DNA of 64,000 nucleotides from an uncultured bacterium (GTDB lineage: Bacteria; Pseudomonadota; Gammaproteobacteria; Burkholderiales; Burkholderiaceae_C): contig CAIYQZ010000059.1 of NCBI GenBank assembly GCA_903928495.1, positions 17,210 through 81,209 on the forward strand. Direction: 5' to 3'. Under the pieces are notes generated by a model. The model saw only the letters and a program-made list of their open reading frames with translations, searched no databases and was not told the origin of the DNA. The position numbers and the translations under genes were made by a program. The number at the start of each line of letters is the position of its first letter. Position 1 is the stretch's first letter. Shown here piece by piece: positions 29,803 through 38,805 of this stretch.

Positions 29803-32187
29803 TCAGTTGTCGGGGTCTTCGCGGCAGGCGTAACCGCTGCTGGCCAGCCATTGCACCAGTGCGCTGTCCGACAAGGGGCGTGCGACCACAAAGCCTTGCA
29901 CCCGGGTGATGCCAAGACGCACCAGCGTTTCGACCTGGGTCTGCGACTCCACACCCTCGGCAATCATCCCGAGGTCAAGCTCGCGGGCGAGGTCGGTCAC
30001 GGTGCGGACCATCACCTCGTCGCCCTTGTCGAGCAGCAGCACAAAACTGCGGTCCACCTTGAGCGTGTGGAATGGCAAGCTGCGCAAACGGTAGAGCGAT
30101 GAATGCCCCGTGCCGAAATCGTCAAGGAAAAACGCGAAACCCAGGGTCTTCAGCGTGTGCATGGTCTGCACCAGCGACTCGGGCGACGTCTCCAGCAAGC
30201 CCTCGGTCACCTCGAGGCGAATGGCTGACGACGGCAGCCCGTGCGAGAACACGACACGGGGCACATCTTCCGCCAGGTTGAATTCCTGGAACTGCCGCAG
30301 CGACAGGTTGACACTGCACGGCACATACATGCCCTGGCGGCGCAACCGCGCCACCATGGCACAACTTCGCTCCAGCACCTGCATGCCCAGGCGCCCGATC
30401 AGGCCCGCTTCCTCGGCAATGGGTATGAATTCGGTGGGTGACACGGCCTCGCCATCGAGAGACCAGCGGGCCAGGGCCTCCATGCCCACCACGCGTTTGC
30501 TCGCCACATCGACCACTGGCTGGAAAACCACCTGTATGCCGTTGGCGGCCACCGCGCGGCGCAAGGCCTGCTCAAGGCGGTTGCGCCGCTGCGCCTCCAC
30601 CTGCAAGCCCTCGTTGAACACCGCGCAGCCATCGCGCCCGTTCTGCTTGGCCTGGTACATGGCCAGGTCGGCGTTGCGCATCAGCGCGCCGACGCCATCC
30701 ACCCCATCACAGAACGCCAGCCCCACCGAGCCGGTGGTAGACACCTGCAACTCCCCGTGGGTGAGCGGTACCCGCATGTTTTCCAGAATGCGCTGTGCGA
30801 ACTCCACCGCCGCCTCGCGCTGCACCGCATGCAGCACAACAGCAAATTCATCCCCCCCGAGGCGGGCCACTGCGTCACCCTGGCGCACCGTTGAACTGAG
30901 TTGTCGGCCCACATGGCACAGCAGCGCATCGCCCACGTCGTGCCCGAAACCGTCGTTCACGGCCTTGAAGTTGTCCAGATCGATCAGCAGCAGGCACGAC
31001 GTCCGGCTGCGGTGTTCGGCCTGGTGGTAGGGCAGTTCTGACAGCATCCGCTCCAGACCTTGACGGTTGGGCAGTCCTGTGAGGCTGTCGTGTGTGGCGT
31101 TGTGCTCCACCTGCCAGTGCACCTGCTTCACCAGTTCATTGAGCGAGCGGCCCAGGTTGTCAATCTCGTCACTGCCTTTGGCAGGCCAGGACGTCGTCCA
31201 GTCATGTGTGGCGCGGTAGCGGTCTGCCAGCTCGGAAAAGTGGGTCAGCCGACGCACCACCAGCCAATGAACCCATGCGCCCAGCGCCACCAGTGACGAC
31301 AGAAACACCAGCATCACCGCCAGCAGCATGAGCCAGGTCACAGCATTGCGCTCTTGCTGCAGGCCAGTGTTGTGGGTCACCGTCAGCGATGCCGGCCAGG
31401 GAGCCAGCGGTGCCTGCGCCTGCCAACGTCCGTCGCCAAGGTGCGTCTGGGAGGTGGGCAGATCGGGCTGGGCCGACACCACAAACTCAACGCCGGTGAC
31501 CGCTTTGAGCGATGAACGGTACGCCGCGTCCAGAGGGCGCACCAGCATCAGGCAACCGCGCGGCGGCGCATTGCCCGCGGTGTTGAGCACCGGGGCCAAG
31601 GCCACTGCCAGCGGGGTGTCGTCGGCCCACACCAGCACTTCGCTGCGCTGTGCACATGGGCCGCCCTGAACCTGCAGGGCGGTCAATGCGTCGTCCCAGA
31701 TGGGTGGAAGGGCCTGGGACATGTCTGAGCCCTGCACCACCCGTGCCCCGACGAGCTTGCCAGAGCCTCCCCACACCACCGCGCCCTGGACACGCAGATT
31801 GCGCAAGGAGGTCACCGTGAAGTTGTCGTCCAGGAACTGTCCTGAAGGCGCCGCCATGAACCCGTAAAAGTCGTCCCACTGCGCGTAGTCGAGGGTGAGT
31901 TCACCCAGCGTCTGGCTGTCCTGGAGAACGACACTGTGCACCCGGGCGAGGGCATCGCGGGCGGCCGCGCGCTCAAAGGCATCGAACGAGCGCTGCAACA
32001 CGCTCTGGCTGAAAACCAGCACCACCACACTGGCCAGACCCAGCACCAGCGCGATGCGCAGCACCAGCTTGCGACCCAACCCACCTGTGGAGGATGGCAC
32101 GGTTGCACCGCCCACGTTGTGGGGACTGTCAACAGCGGCCTGGGTGGCAGTGGGCCCCGCCGGAGGGGCGGGTTCGGGGTGTGTCAT
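29803..32187 (-). CDS. GGDEF-EAL signalling protein with periplasmic sensor and HAMP
   Basis: TM-periplasmic-TM N-terminus, GGDEF (RLGGDEF) and EAL (EALARW, DDFGTG, KVD) motifs. ATG at 32187 is preferred over the TTG at 32196. Confidence 0.9.
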   Translation of the reverse strand: MTHPEPAPPAGPTATQAAVDSPHNVGGATVPSSTGGLGRKLVLRIALVLGLASVVVLVFSQSVLQRSFDAFERAAARDALARVHSVVLQDSQTLGELTLDYAQWDDFYGFMAAPSGQFLDDNFTVTSLRNLRVQGAVVWGGSGKLVGARVVQGSDMSQALPPIWDDALTALQVQGGPCAQRSEVLVWADDTPLAVALAPVLNTAGNAPPRGCLMLVRPLDAAYRSSLKAVTGVEFVVSAQPDLPTSQTHLGDGRWQAQAPLAPWPASLTVTHNTGLQQERNAVTWLMLLAVMLVFLSSLVALGAWVHWLVVRRLTHFSELADRYRATHDWTTSWPAKGSDEIDNLGRSLNELVKQVHWQVEHNATHDSLTGLPNRQGLERMLSELPYHQAEHRSRTSCLLLIDLDNFKAVNDGFGHDVGDALLCHVGRQLSSTVRQGDAVARLGGDEFAVVLHAVQREAAVEFAQRILENMRVPLTHGELQVSTTGSVGLAFCDGVDGVGALMRNADLAMYQAKQNGRDGCAVFNEGLQVEAQRRNRLEQALRRAVAANGIQVVFQPVVDVASKRVVGMEALARWSLDGEAVSPTEFIPIAEEAGLIGRLGMQVLERSCAMVARLRRQGMYVPCSVNLSLRQFQEFNLAEDVPRVVFSHGLPSSAIRLEVTEGLLETSPESLVQTMHTLKTLGFAFFLDDFGTGHSSLYRLRSLPFHTLKVDRSFVLLLDKGDEVMVRTVTDLARELDLGMIAEGVESQTQVETLVRLGITRVQGFVVARPLSDSALVQWLASSGYACREDPDN

Positions 32188-32289
32188 GTCGCCCAAAGTG
32201 TACCCATCGACCCTGACAGGTCACAGCCCCTCTGGCCGGGATGCCTGCCCACACACTTGGGCTGTGCGGCTTGCGGGTCTTGGAGCGAC

Positions 32290-33282
32290 TCAGGGCAGCA
32301 AAATGGTGCAGCCGGTGGTCTGGCGGGCTTCCAGGCTGCGGTGTGCAGCCTGCACATCGGCCAGGGCAAAGCGCTGGTCGATGCGGATGTTGACCGCCCC
32401 GCTCAACACCACGGCAAACAACTCGTCGGCCATGGCCTGGGTGCGCTCGCGGCTGGTGATGTGGCTGAACAGCGTTTGCCGGGTGACATACAGAGAGCCT
32501 TTGGGGCCCAACATGCCGGGCGCAAACGGCGGCACGGGGCCGCTGGCATTGCCAAAGCTGGCCATCAGGCCAAAGGGCTGCAGGCAATCCAGGCTTTTGT
32601 CCCAGGTGTCTTTGCCCACGCTGTCGTACACCACCTTCACACCCTGGCCACCGGTGATGTCTTTCACGCGTGCCGCAAAGTCTTCGGTTTTGTAGTTGAT
32701 AGCAAACTTTGCACCATGGGCAAGCGCCAGGGCACATTTTTCATCGGAACCCGCTGTGCCAATGAGTTGAAGACCCAGCGCCTTGGCCCATTGGCAGGCA
32801 ATCAGGCCTACGCCACCTGCAGATGCATGGAACAGCACAAAGTCGCCGGCCTGCAAGCCACCCTGGGGCAGCGTGCGTTTGAGCAGATACTGGGCCGTCA
32901 AGCCCTTCAACATCATGGCGGCTCCGGTCTCGAACGAAATGCCATCGGGCAGCTTGCACACGTTCATGGCAGGCATCACCCGGCGCTGGCTGTAGCTGCC
33001 GGGCGGGTTGGCGGCGTAGGCCACGCGGTCGCCCACGGCCAGGTGGGTCACGCCATCGCCCACCGCTTCCACCACGCCAGAGCCTTCCATGCCCAGTTGC
33101 AGGGGCATGGACAGGGGGTACAGGCCGCTGCGCTGGTACACGTCGATGTAGTTCAGGCCAATGGCTTTGTGGGCAATCCGCACCTGGCCAGGGCCAGGTT
33201 GGCCCACAGGAACGGTCACCAGCGCCATTTGCTCGGGGCCACCGGCCTGGCTGATCTGGATGGCTAGGGTTGTGTCGGTCAT
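32290..33282 (-). CDS. qor: NADPH:quinone oxidoreductase (zeta-crystallin/MDR family)
   Basis: MTDTTLAIQISQAGGPEQM...GLNYIDVYQRSGLYP... and AAGGVGL nucleotide-binding motif. ATG at 33282. The 644-aa ORF in the track is read-through. Confidence 0.9.
   Translation of the reverse strand: MTDTTLAIQISQAGGPEQMALVTVPVGQPGPGQVRIAHKAIGLNYIDVYQRSGLYPLSMPLQLGMEGSGVVEAVGDGVTHLAVGDRVAYAANPPGSYSQRRVMPAMNVCKLPDGISFETGAAMMLKGLTAQYLLKRTLPQGGLQAGDFVLFHASAGGVGLIACQWAKALGLQLIGTAGSDEKCALALAHGAKFAINYKTEDFAARVKDITGGQGVKVVYDSVGKDTWDKSLDCLQPFGLMASFGNASGPVPPFAPGMLGPKGSLYVTRQTLFSHITSRERTQAMADELFAVVLSGAVNIRIDQRFALADVQAAHRSLEARQTTGCTILLP
32699..32741 (+). repeat. 42-bp motif copy Y (inside qor)
   Basis: ATAGCAAactttgcaccatgGGCAAGCGCCAGGGCacaTTTTT. 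It shares the 12-mer ATAGCAAACTTT and identical spacing with copy A. It encodes EKCALALAHGAKFAIN. Confidence 0.65.
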
Positions 33283-33320
33283 GTTGTCGTCCTCTTGTTG
33301 GAAAAAAATCGGAGTTAGGG

Positions 33321-34190
33321 TCACCAGCCCACGTAGGCCAGGGTCACCTGCGCCACCGTGGCGCTGCGCTGCTGTGTGAGAGGGCTGAGGGCCGCATCGC
33401 CCAACAGCGAGCTGCGTCCAATGCTGCCCGCCAAACGCCAGTGTGGGGTCAACGCACGCGACACCCCAACTCCCCAACCCCACGATTCCAGGCCTGCGCC
33501 TGGCTGCCAGGCGGGGCGACCGGCCCGTGCTGCGTCGGGTGCCACACCGTAAAAGGTTTGCATGGCGCGGGCATTGGCCCAACCCACGCCTCCACTGACA
33601 TTCATGACCCACCCGTCTGCTATCGGGGTGGACCAGCTCAGGCCCAGGTTGGCACGCAAGCCCTGACCACGCAACACGTCTTGCTGCAGGCTGCCCGACA
33701 CCTGCCAACCGGGTGCCAGGCTGTAGCGCACCGAGCCCCGCAGGCCCAGCGAGGAACGGATGTTGGGCAGGCCACTGAGCATGGGGTCGTCCCCGCTGCT
33801 GCGCCCGTGGGACAGGCGGGCACCCACGCCCACGCTCCAACGGTCGTTTTGCAGCACACTGGTGCTGATGCCTCCCGCTAAGTCCATGCCCGCCAGCGAG
33901 CGGGCGGAAGACGACGACACCATCCACCGCCCCACGCGCCCCGCCACCACCGGCCGCAGACTCAGTTTCCGCGCGCTGCCCCCTGCGTAAGCGGGGCCAG
34001 ACGCCAACGTGGCGCCCAACACCCAGCGGTCTTGCCGCGCGGGGGCATTCGGGGCGGGTGCATCTGCCGCCAAGGGCACAGTGCCTGGCAGCGGCAGAGC
34101 GCTCTGGGCCATCAGCACCTGGGTGGGAGCCAACCACAGTGCTGCTGTGCCGAGCAGCCAGGCGGGAGCAATTCGAGTCGGGATATTCAT
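33321..34190 (-). CDS. MipA/OmpV family outer-membrane protein
   Basis: Signal peptide, beta-strand periodicity, C-terminal ...LAYVGW, and a size typical of MipA. The family call is from memory. Confidence 0.7.
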   Translation of the reverse strand: MNIPTRIAPAWLLGTAALWLAPTQVLMAQSALPLPGTVPLAADAPAPNAPARQDRWVLGATLASGPAYAGGSARKLSLRPVVAGRVGRWMVSSSSARSLAGMDLAGGISTSVLQNDRWSVGVGARLSHGRSSGDDPMLSGLPNIRSSLGLRGSVRYSLAPGWQVSGSLQQDVLRGQGLRANLGLSWSTPIADGWVMNVSGGVGWANARAMQTFYGVAPDAARAGRPAWQPGAGLESWGWGVGVSRALTPHWRLAGSIGRSSLLGDAALSPLTQQRSATVAQVTLAYVGW

Positions 34191-34262
34191 CGTTTTCAGT
34201 ATGCCGCACGCGGCTTAACCCCACGCCATGCCGTACAGTGGCGCGCCCACCGTTTGCTGCAC

Positions 34263-35177
34263 ATGACGTTCCACCTCACCCCCCGTACTGCCATTCTGTT
34301 GACGTTGCCCCCCCTGCTGTGGGCTGGCAACGCCGTGGTGGGCCGCCTGATGGCACACACCGTGCCGCCCATCACCTTCAACATGCTGCGCTGGGCGTTG
34401 GTGCTGGTGATGCTGCTGCCCCTGGCAGCCTGGGTGCTCAAGCCGGGTAGTCCGTTCTGGACACACTGGCGGCGCATGGCCGTGCTCGGTCTGCTGGGCA
34501 TGGGCAGCTACAACGCGCTGCAATACGCGGCCCTGAAAACCTCCACCCCGCTGAACGTGACGCTGGTGGGGTCGAGCATGCCCATCTTCATGCTGACGAT
34601 GGGCAGGCTGTTTTTCGGGGCCACCATCTCGCGCGCTCAAGCGATCGGGGTGACCCTTTCAACCGCCGGGGTGTTGACCGTGCTCACCCGGGGGGACTGG
34701 ACACAACTGGCCAGCCTGCGCCTGGTGGCGGGCGACCTGCTGATGCTGCTGGCCACCGCTGCCTGGAGCCTGTACAGCTGGCTGCTGATTCGCCCACCGA
34801 AGAACCAGCCCGATCCCCCTGCCCTGCGCGGCGACTGGGCCGCCTGGCTCATGGCCCAGGTGGTGCCCGGCCTGCTGTGGTCGGCCGCGTTTGCGGGCGT
34901 GGAGTGGACGGTGGTGCCCAACCTGCACATCGACTGGGGCTGGCCGTTTTTCGCAGCCCTGTTGTACGTGGCCTTGGGCCCCTCGGTGCTGGCTTACTAC
35001 TGCTGGGGCACGGGCGTGGCCAAAGCAGGGCCGCAGGTGGCGGGCTTTTTCGTCAACCTCACTCCGCTGTTTGCGGCCATCCTGTCGGCCGCCGTGCTGG
35101 GCGAGTTGCCCAAGGCCTACCACGCAGTGGCGTTTGCGCTGATTGTGGGCGGCATTGTGGTGAGCTCGCGCAAGTGA
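34263..35177 (+). CDS. EamA/DMT family transporter
   Basis: Ten predicted TM helices and two EamA-like halves. ATG at 34263. Confidence 0.85.
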   Translation: MTFHLTPRTAILLTLPPLLWAGNAVVGRLMAHTVPPITFNMLRWALVLVMLLPLAAWVLKPGSPFWTHWRRMAVLGLLGMGSYNALQYAALKTSTPLNVTLVGSSMPIFMLTMGRLFFGATISRAQAIGVTLSTAGVLTVLTRGDWTQLASLRLVAGDLLMLLATAAWSLYSWLLIRPPKNQPDPPALRGDWAAWLMAQVVPGLLWSAAFAGVEWTVVPNLHIDWGWPFFAALLYVALGPSVLAYYCWGTGVAKAGPQVAGFFVNLTPLFAAILSAAVLGELPKAYHAVAFALIVGGIVVSSRK

Positions 35178-35183
35178 GCCCCT

Positions 35184-36017
35184 TCAGAAGGTTCCCGCGA
35201 ACGCCCCGCCATCGGCCAGCACGTTCTGCCCGGTGATGTAACCCGCCTGCACGCTGCACAGAAACGCGCAGATTTGCCCGAACTCATGCGGGGTGCCAAA
35301 GCGCTGCGCCGGAATTTGAGCGATTTGCGCAGCGCGCACCTCGTCCACCGTTTTGCCCTGCCTCTGGGCAGCCCCGGCTATTGTTGTTTTGATGCGGTCG
35401 GTGTCGAACTTGCCCGGCAGCAGGTTGTTCAGCGTCACGCCTTTTGCCGCCAGCGTGGGGTTGCGGGCCACGCCCGCCACAAAACCGGTCAGGCCGCTGC
35501 GTGCGCCGTTGGAGAGGCCCAGGATGTCGATGGGCGCTTTCACCGCGCTGCTGGTGATGTTGACGATGCGACCGAAGCCGCGCGCCGCCATGCCGTCCAC
35601 CGTGGCTTTGATGAGTTCGATGGGGGTGAGCATGTTGGCGTCGATGGCCTTCAGCCAGGCGTCGCGCTCCCAGTCGCGGAAGTCGCCGGGGGGTGGGCCA
35701 CCGGCGTTGGTCACCACGATGTCAAACGCGGTGCCGGGGCCACCGGCCACGCCCAGTGCGGCGGCGCGGCCCTCGGGCGAGGTGATGTCGGCGGCCACGG
35801 CCAGCACCACATTCTTCAAGACTTTTTGGCCTCCAGCGCTTGACTGCATTGACAACTCAGCTCTGATATTGTCCGCCGCAGCGTGCAGCACCTCGGCCCC
35901 ACGGGCCACCATCACCACGTTCACACCCTCGGCGGCCAGCGCCTGTGCACAGCCCAGACCCAACCCTTTGCTGGCGCCGCAGACCAGCGCCCATTTGCCT
36001 TGCAAACCCAAATCCAT
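35184..36017 (-). CDS. SDR family oxidoreductase
   Basis: GASKGLG cofactor motif, the NITS...A catalytic region, and PGKFDT. Confidence 0.88.
   Translation of the reverse strand: MDLGLQGKWALVCGASKGLGLGCAQALAAEGVNVVMVARGAEVLHAAADNIRAELSMQSSAGGQKVLKNVVLAVAADITSPEGRAAALGVAGGPGTAFDIVVTNAGGPPPGDFRDWERDAWLKAIDANMLTPIELIKATVDGMAARGFGRIVNITSSAVKAPIDILGLSNGARSGLTGFVAGVARNPTLAAKGVTLNNLLPGKFDTDRIKTTIAGAAQRQGKTVDEVRAAQIAQIPAQRFGTPHEFGQICAFLCSVQAGYITGQNVLADGGAFAGTF
35823..35865 (-). repeat. 42-bp motif copy X (inside the SDR CDS)
   Basis: The reverse strand reads CAGAGCTGagttgtcaatgcAGTCAAGCGCTGGAGGCcaAAAAA. The gene strand encodes RAELSMQSSAGGQK, codon-for-codon alignable with copy G in ileS. Confidence 0.75.
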
Positions 36018-36060
36018 GTGTGGCTCCGTTGAAGTAAAAAAGCAATCTTGAAAGCAGCAG

Positions 36061-36990
36061 TCAGGCCTTGGCCCGGCTGACCCAGAACACGCCGCCCATC
36101 ACCAGCACCGTGCCCACCAGCACCCAACCGTTGAAGGGCTCGCCCAGCAGCAACACGCCCATGGTGATGGTGGACATGGGCCCGATCATGCCGGTCTGGG
36201 CGGTCAGGCCAGAGCCGATGCGCTCAATGGCCATCATCACCATCAGGACAGGTGCGGCGGTACAGGCCACGGCGTTGAGCACCGACAGCCACACCACCTC
36301 GGGCGCGACCAGCGCCGCCGACAGCGGGCGCAGCCACACAAACTGCCCGATGCACAGCACACAGGCCACCGTGGTGGCCAGGCCCACCAGGCGCAATGAG
36401 CCCAGCCGCTTGACCATTTCGCCGCTGTACAGCAGGTACACGGCATAACTCACTGCGCTGCCAAACACCAGGGCGCCGCCCAGCAGGGTGCCACTCGCGT
36501 CAAAGTTCACCTCGTGCCCAAACACCACCAACACACCGGCATAACTCAGCGCCATCGCTCCGGCTTGCCGGCCGGTGATGCGCCGCCCATACAGCGCCCA
36601 CCCCAGCACCAACACCAGCGTGGGGTTGAGGTACAGAATGAGCCGCTCCAGGCTGGCACTGATGTACTGCAGGCCCCAAAAGTCCAGAAAACTGGCGAGG
36701 TAGTAGCCACTGAAACCCAGGCCCAGCACGCCCAGCCAGTCTCGGCGGCTCAAGGCGGGTTGCCCCCGGCTGGCCCACCAGGCCATGGCCAGGAACATGG
36801 GCAGGGCAAACAGCATGCGGTACATCAGCAGGGTGACGGCATCCACTCCGTGCCGGAACGCCAGCTTGACGATGATGGCCTTGCCGCTGAACGCGATGGA
36901 ACCAGCGGCAGCCAGGGTCAGGCCCAGCAGTACTTTTTTTCTAGCTGCCAGTGCAATACCATCAAGCGCTGGAGGCACTTTTCTATCCAA
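36061..36990 (-). CDS. EamA/DMT family transporter
   Basis: Ten TM helices. The only available starts (TTG at 36990, GTG at 36978) lie at or inside motif copy F. Confidence 0.8.
   Translation of the reverse strand: MDRKVPPALDGIALAARKKVLLGLTLAAAGSIAFSGKAIIVKLAFRHGVDAVTLLMYRMLFALPMFLAMAWWASRGQPALSRRDWLGVLGLGFSGYYLASFLDFWGLQYISASLERLILYLNPTLVLVLGWALYGRRITGRQAGAMALSYAGVLVVFGHEVNFDASGTLLGGALVFGSAVSYAVYLLYSGEMVKRLGSLRLVGLATTVACVLCIGQFVWLRPLSAALVAPEVVWLSVLNAVACTAAPVLMVMMAIERIGSGLTAQTGMIGPMSTITMGVLLLGEPFNGWVLVGTVLVMGGVFWVSRAKA
36942..36982 (+). repeat. 42-bp motif copy F (forms the first ~15 codons of the EamA gene)
   Basis: TAGCTGccagtgcaataccATCAAGCGCTGGAGGCacTTTT. A 24-nt stretch (36959-36982) is identical to 46618-46641. 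It encodes DRKVPPALDGIALAARK. Confidence 0.85.
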
Positions 36991-37014
36991 AACAGTTACC
37001 CCACTGGTGCACGG

Positions 37015-38688
37015 TCACCAGCCGGCAGCCAAGCCATCGCGGCGCGGATCGCTGGCGGCCATGTAGCCCTCGGTGCCGGGGTCACCCAGGCGCCAAATGA
37101 ACTGGCCTGCACCAAAGTCCTGGTAGCTGTCCTGGATGACGTCCACCCGGTGGCCCAGGGCCTGCAGCCCAGCCACGGTGTCGGGGTTCATGCCCGATTC
37201 GACGTTGATGGACAGGCCCGTGTTGAACCGCCAGCGCGGTGCGTCGCACGCGGCTTGCAGGCTTTGGCCGTGGTCGAGCAGGCGCACCAGGGTTTGCAGG
37301 TGGCCCTGGGGCTGCATGTTGGCACCCATCACACCAAAGGCCATCACCGGGTCCACCCCGCCGTGGTCACCTGGTCGCGTGAGGAAAGCCGGGATGATGG
37401 TGTGAAAGGGCCGCTTGCCCGGCGCCACCACGTTGGCCGGGTTGCCCTGGCCCCCTGCAAAAGCGGCTGGCAGCGCAAAGCCATGCCCCCGGTTTTGCAG
37501 GCTGATGCCAAACGTGGGCTCCACGCAGCCCGAGCCAAAGCCCATGTAGTTGCTTTGAATGAAGCTGACCATCATCCCGCTCTCGTCGGCGGCAGTGAGG
37601 TAAATGGTGCCGCCCCGGCGGTGTGGGTCGTTCGGCGTGCCGGCCTGCGGGGCTTGCGCGCGGCGGGGGTCGATCAGTTTGGCGCGCTCGGCCAGGTAGG
37701 TGGGGCTGAGCAGTTCCTCCACCAACACCTGCATGGCGGCGGGCTCGGCCACGAAGCGATAGGCATCAGCAAAGGCGAGTTTCATGGCCTCGATTTGCAG
37801 ATGTTGCGCCGCCACGCTGTCCACCGGCAGGGCCGCCACGTCGAAGTGCTGAAGGATGCCGAGCGCCATCAGCGCCGCAATGCCCTGGCCGCTGGGCGGA
37901 ATTTCGTGCAGGGTGTGACCACGGTAGGTTTGACCGATGGGCTGCACCCACTCGGGGGCGTGGGAGGCCCAGTCGGCCTGCGTGAGTGCGCCGCCGTGCT
38001 GAGCGGCAAACCGGGCCAGCGCCTGGGCGATTTCGCCTTGGTAAAACGCTTCGCCTTTGGTAGCTGCAATGGCTTTCAGGGCCAGCGCTGCTGCCTTGAA
38101 TGACCACAACTCTCCAACAAGCGGCGCACGGCCTTTGGGTAAAAACGCCTGGGCAAAACCGGGCTGGCTGCCCAGTTCGCTCACCACCGCCGCCCACTTG
38201 CCCTGCACCACGGGGGGCACGGCGTAGCCGCGCTCGGCCACTTCAATGGCGGGTTGCATCAGGTCACCAAACGGCAGTTTGCCAAATCGCTCGCTCAACG
38301 CCACCCAGCCGCTGACCGCTCCAGGCACGGTCACGCTGTCGATGCCGCGTTTGGGTGGAGCGGTGGCACTGTCGCCATACTTGGCGGTGAAGTAATCGGG
38401 CGTCCAGGCCTGCGGGGCACGGCCCGAGGCGTTCAACCCATGCAACTCGCCACCGGCCCACACCAGCGCAAAGGCATCGCTGCCCAAGCCATTGCTGACG
38501 GGCTCCACCACGGTCATGACTGCGGCGGCTGCCACGCCAGCATCGACTGCATTGCCCCCGCTGCGCAGCATGTGCAAGCCCGCTTGCGCGGCCAGCGGGT
38601 GCGAGGTAGACACCACGTTGCGCGCGAACACCGGCAGGCGCACGCTGCGGTAGGGGTTGGGGGTTTGGGCAGCAGAGGCGAGGTGCAT
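37015..38688 (-). CDS. ggt: gamma-glutamyltransferase family protein
   Basis: SHPLAAQAG...GGNAVDA, and the autoprocessing threonine context GGTIYLTAAD (aligned to the family motif from memory). ATG at 38688. No signal peptide is visible. Confidence 0.88.
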   Translation of the reverse strand: MHLASAAQTPNPYRSVRLPVFARNVVSTSHPLAAQAGLHMLRSGGNAVDAGVAAAAVMTVVEPVSNGLGSDAFALVWAGGELHGLNASGRAPQAWTPDYFTAKYGDSATAPPKRGIDSVTVPGAVSGWVALSERFGKLPFGDLMQPAIEVAERGYAVPPVVQGKWAAVVSELGSQPGFAQAFLPKGRAPLVGELWSFKAAALALKAIAATKGEAFYQGEIAQALARFAAQHGGALTQADWASHAPEWVQPIGQTYRGHTLHEIPPSGQGIAALMALGILQHFDVAALPVDSVAAQHLQIEAMKLAFADAYRFVAEPAAMQVLVEELLSPTYLAERAKLIDPRRAQAPQAGTPNDPHRRGGTIYLTAADESGMMVSFIQSNYMGFGSGCVEPTFGISLQNRGHGFALPAAFAGGQGNPANVVAPGKRPFHTIIPAFLTRPGDHGGVDPVMAFGVMGANMQPQGHLQTLVRLLDHGQSLQAACDAPRWRFNTGLSINVESGMNPDTVAGLQALGHRVDVIQDSYQDFGAGQFIWRLGDPGTEGYMAASDPRRDGLAAGW

Positions 38689-38740
38689 GGTCAGCTCCAG
38701 AATGGGGACACGGATTGTGGCGGTGGGCAGTGCGCCAACG

Positions 38741-38765
38741 AAAAACGGCACCCGTCGGGGTGCCG
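38741..38765 (-). terminator. rho-independent terminator after tctA
   Basis: On the minus strand, GGCACCC-cgac-GGGTGCC is followed by TTTTT, about 40 nt after the tctA stop. Confidence 0.65.
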
Positions 38766-38805
38766 CTTGCGTGACAGGCCCCACCACTCGGGTGGAGCCT
38801 GTGCG

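Noticed and set aside
32290-34224. 644-aa ORF spanning qor and the region upstream
   Set aside because: The frame simply stays open upstream of the true qor ATG at 33282. The upstream part overlaps the MipA-family gene in another frame.
38061-38097. Possible GC-rich copy of the 42-bp motif in ggt (TAGCTGcaatggctttcagggCCAGCGCTGCTGCC)
   Set aside because: The match is limited and lacks the AT-rich spacer and the T-run. The encoded AAALALKAIAATKGEAFY matches a conserved GGT segment, so protein constraint may explain it.
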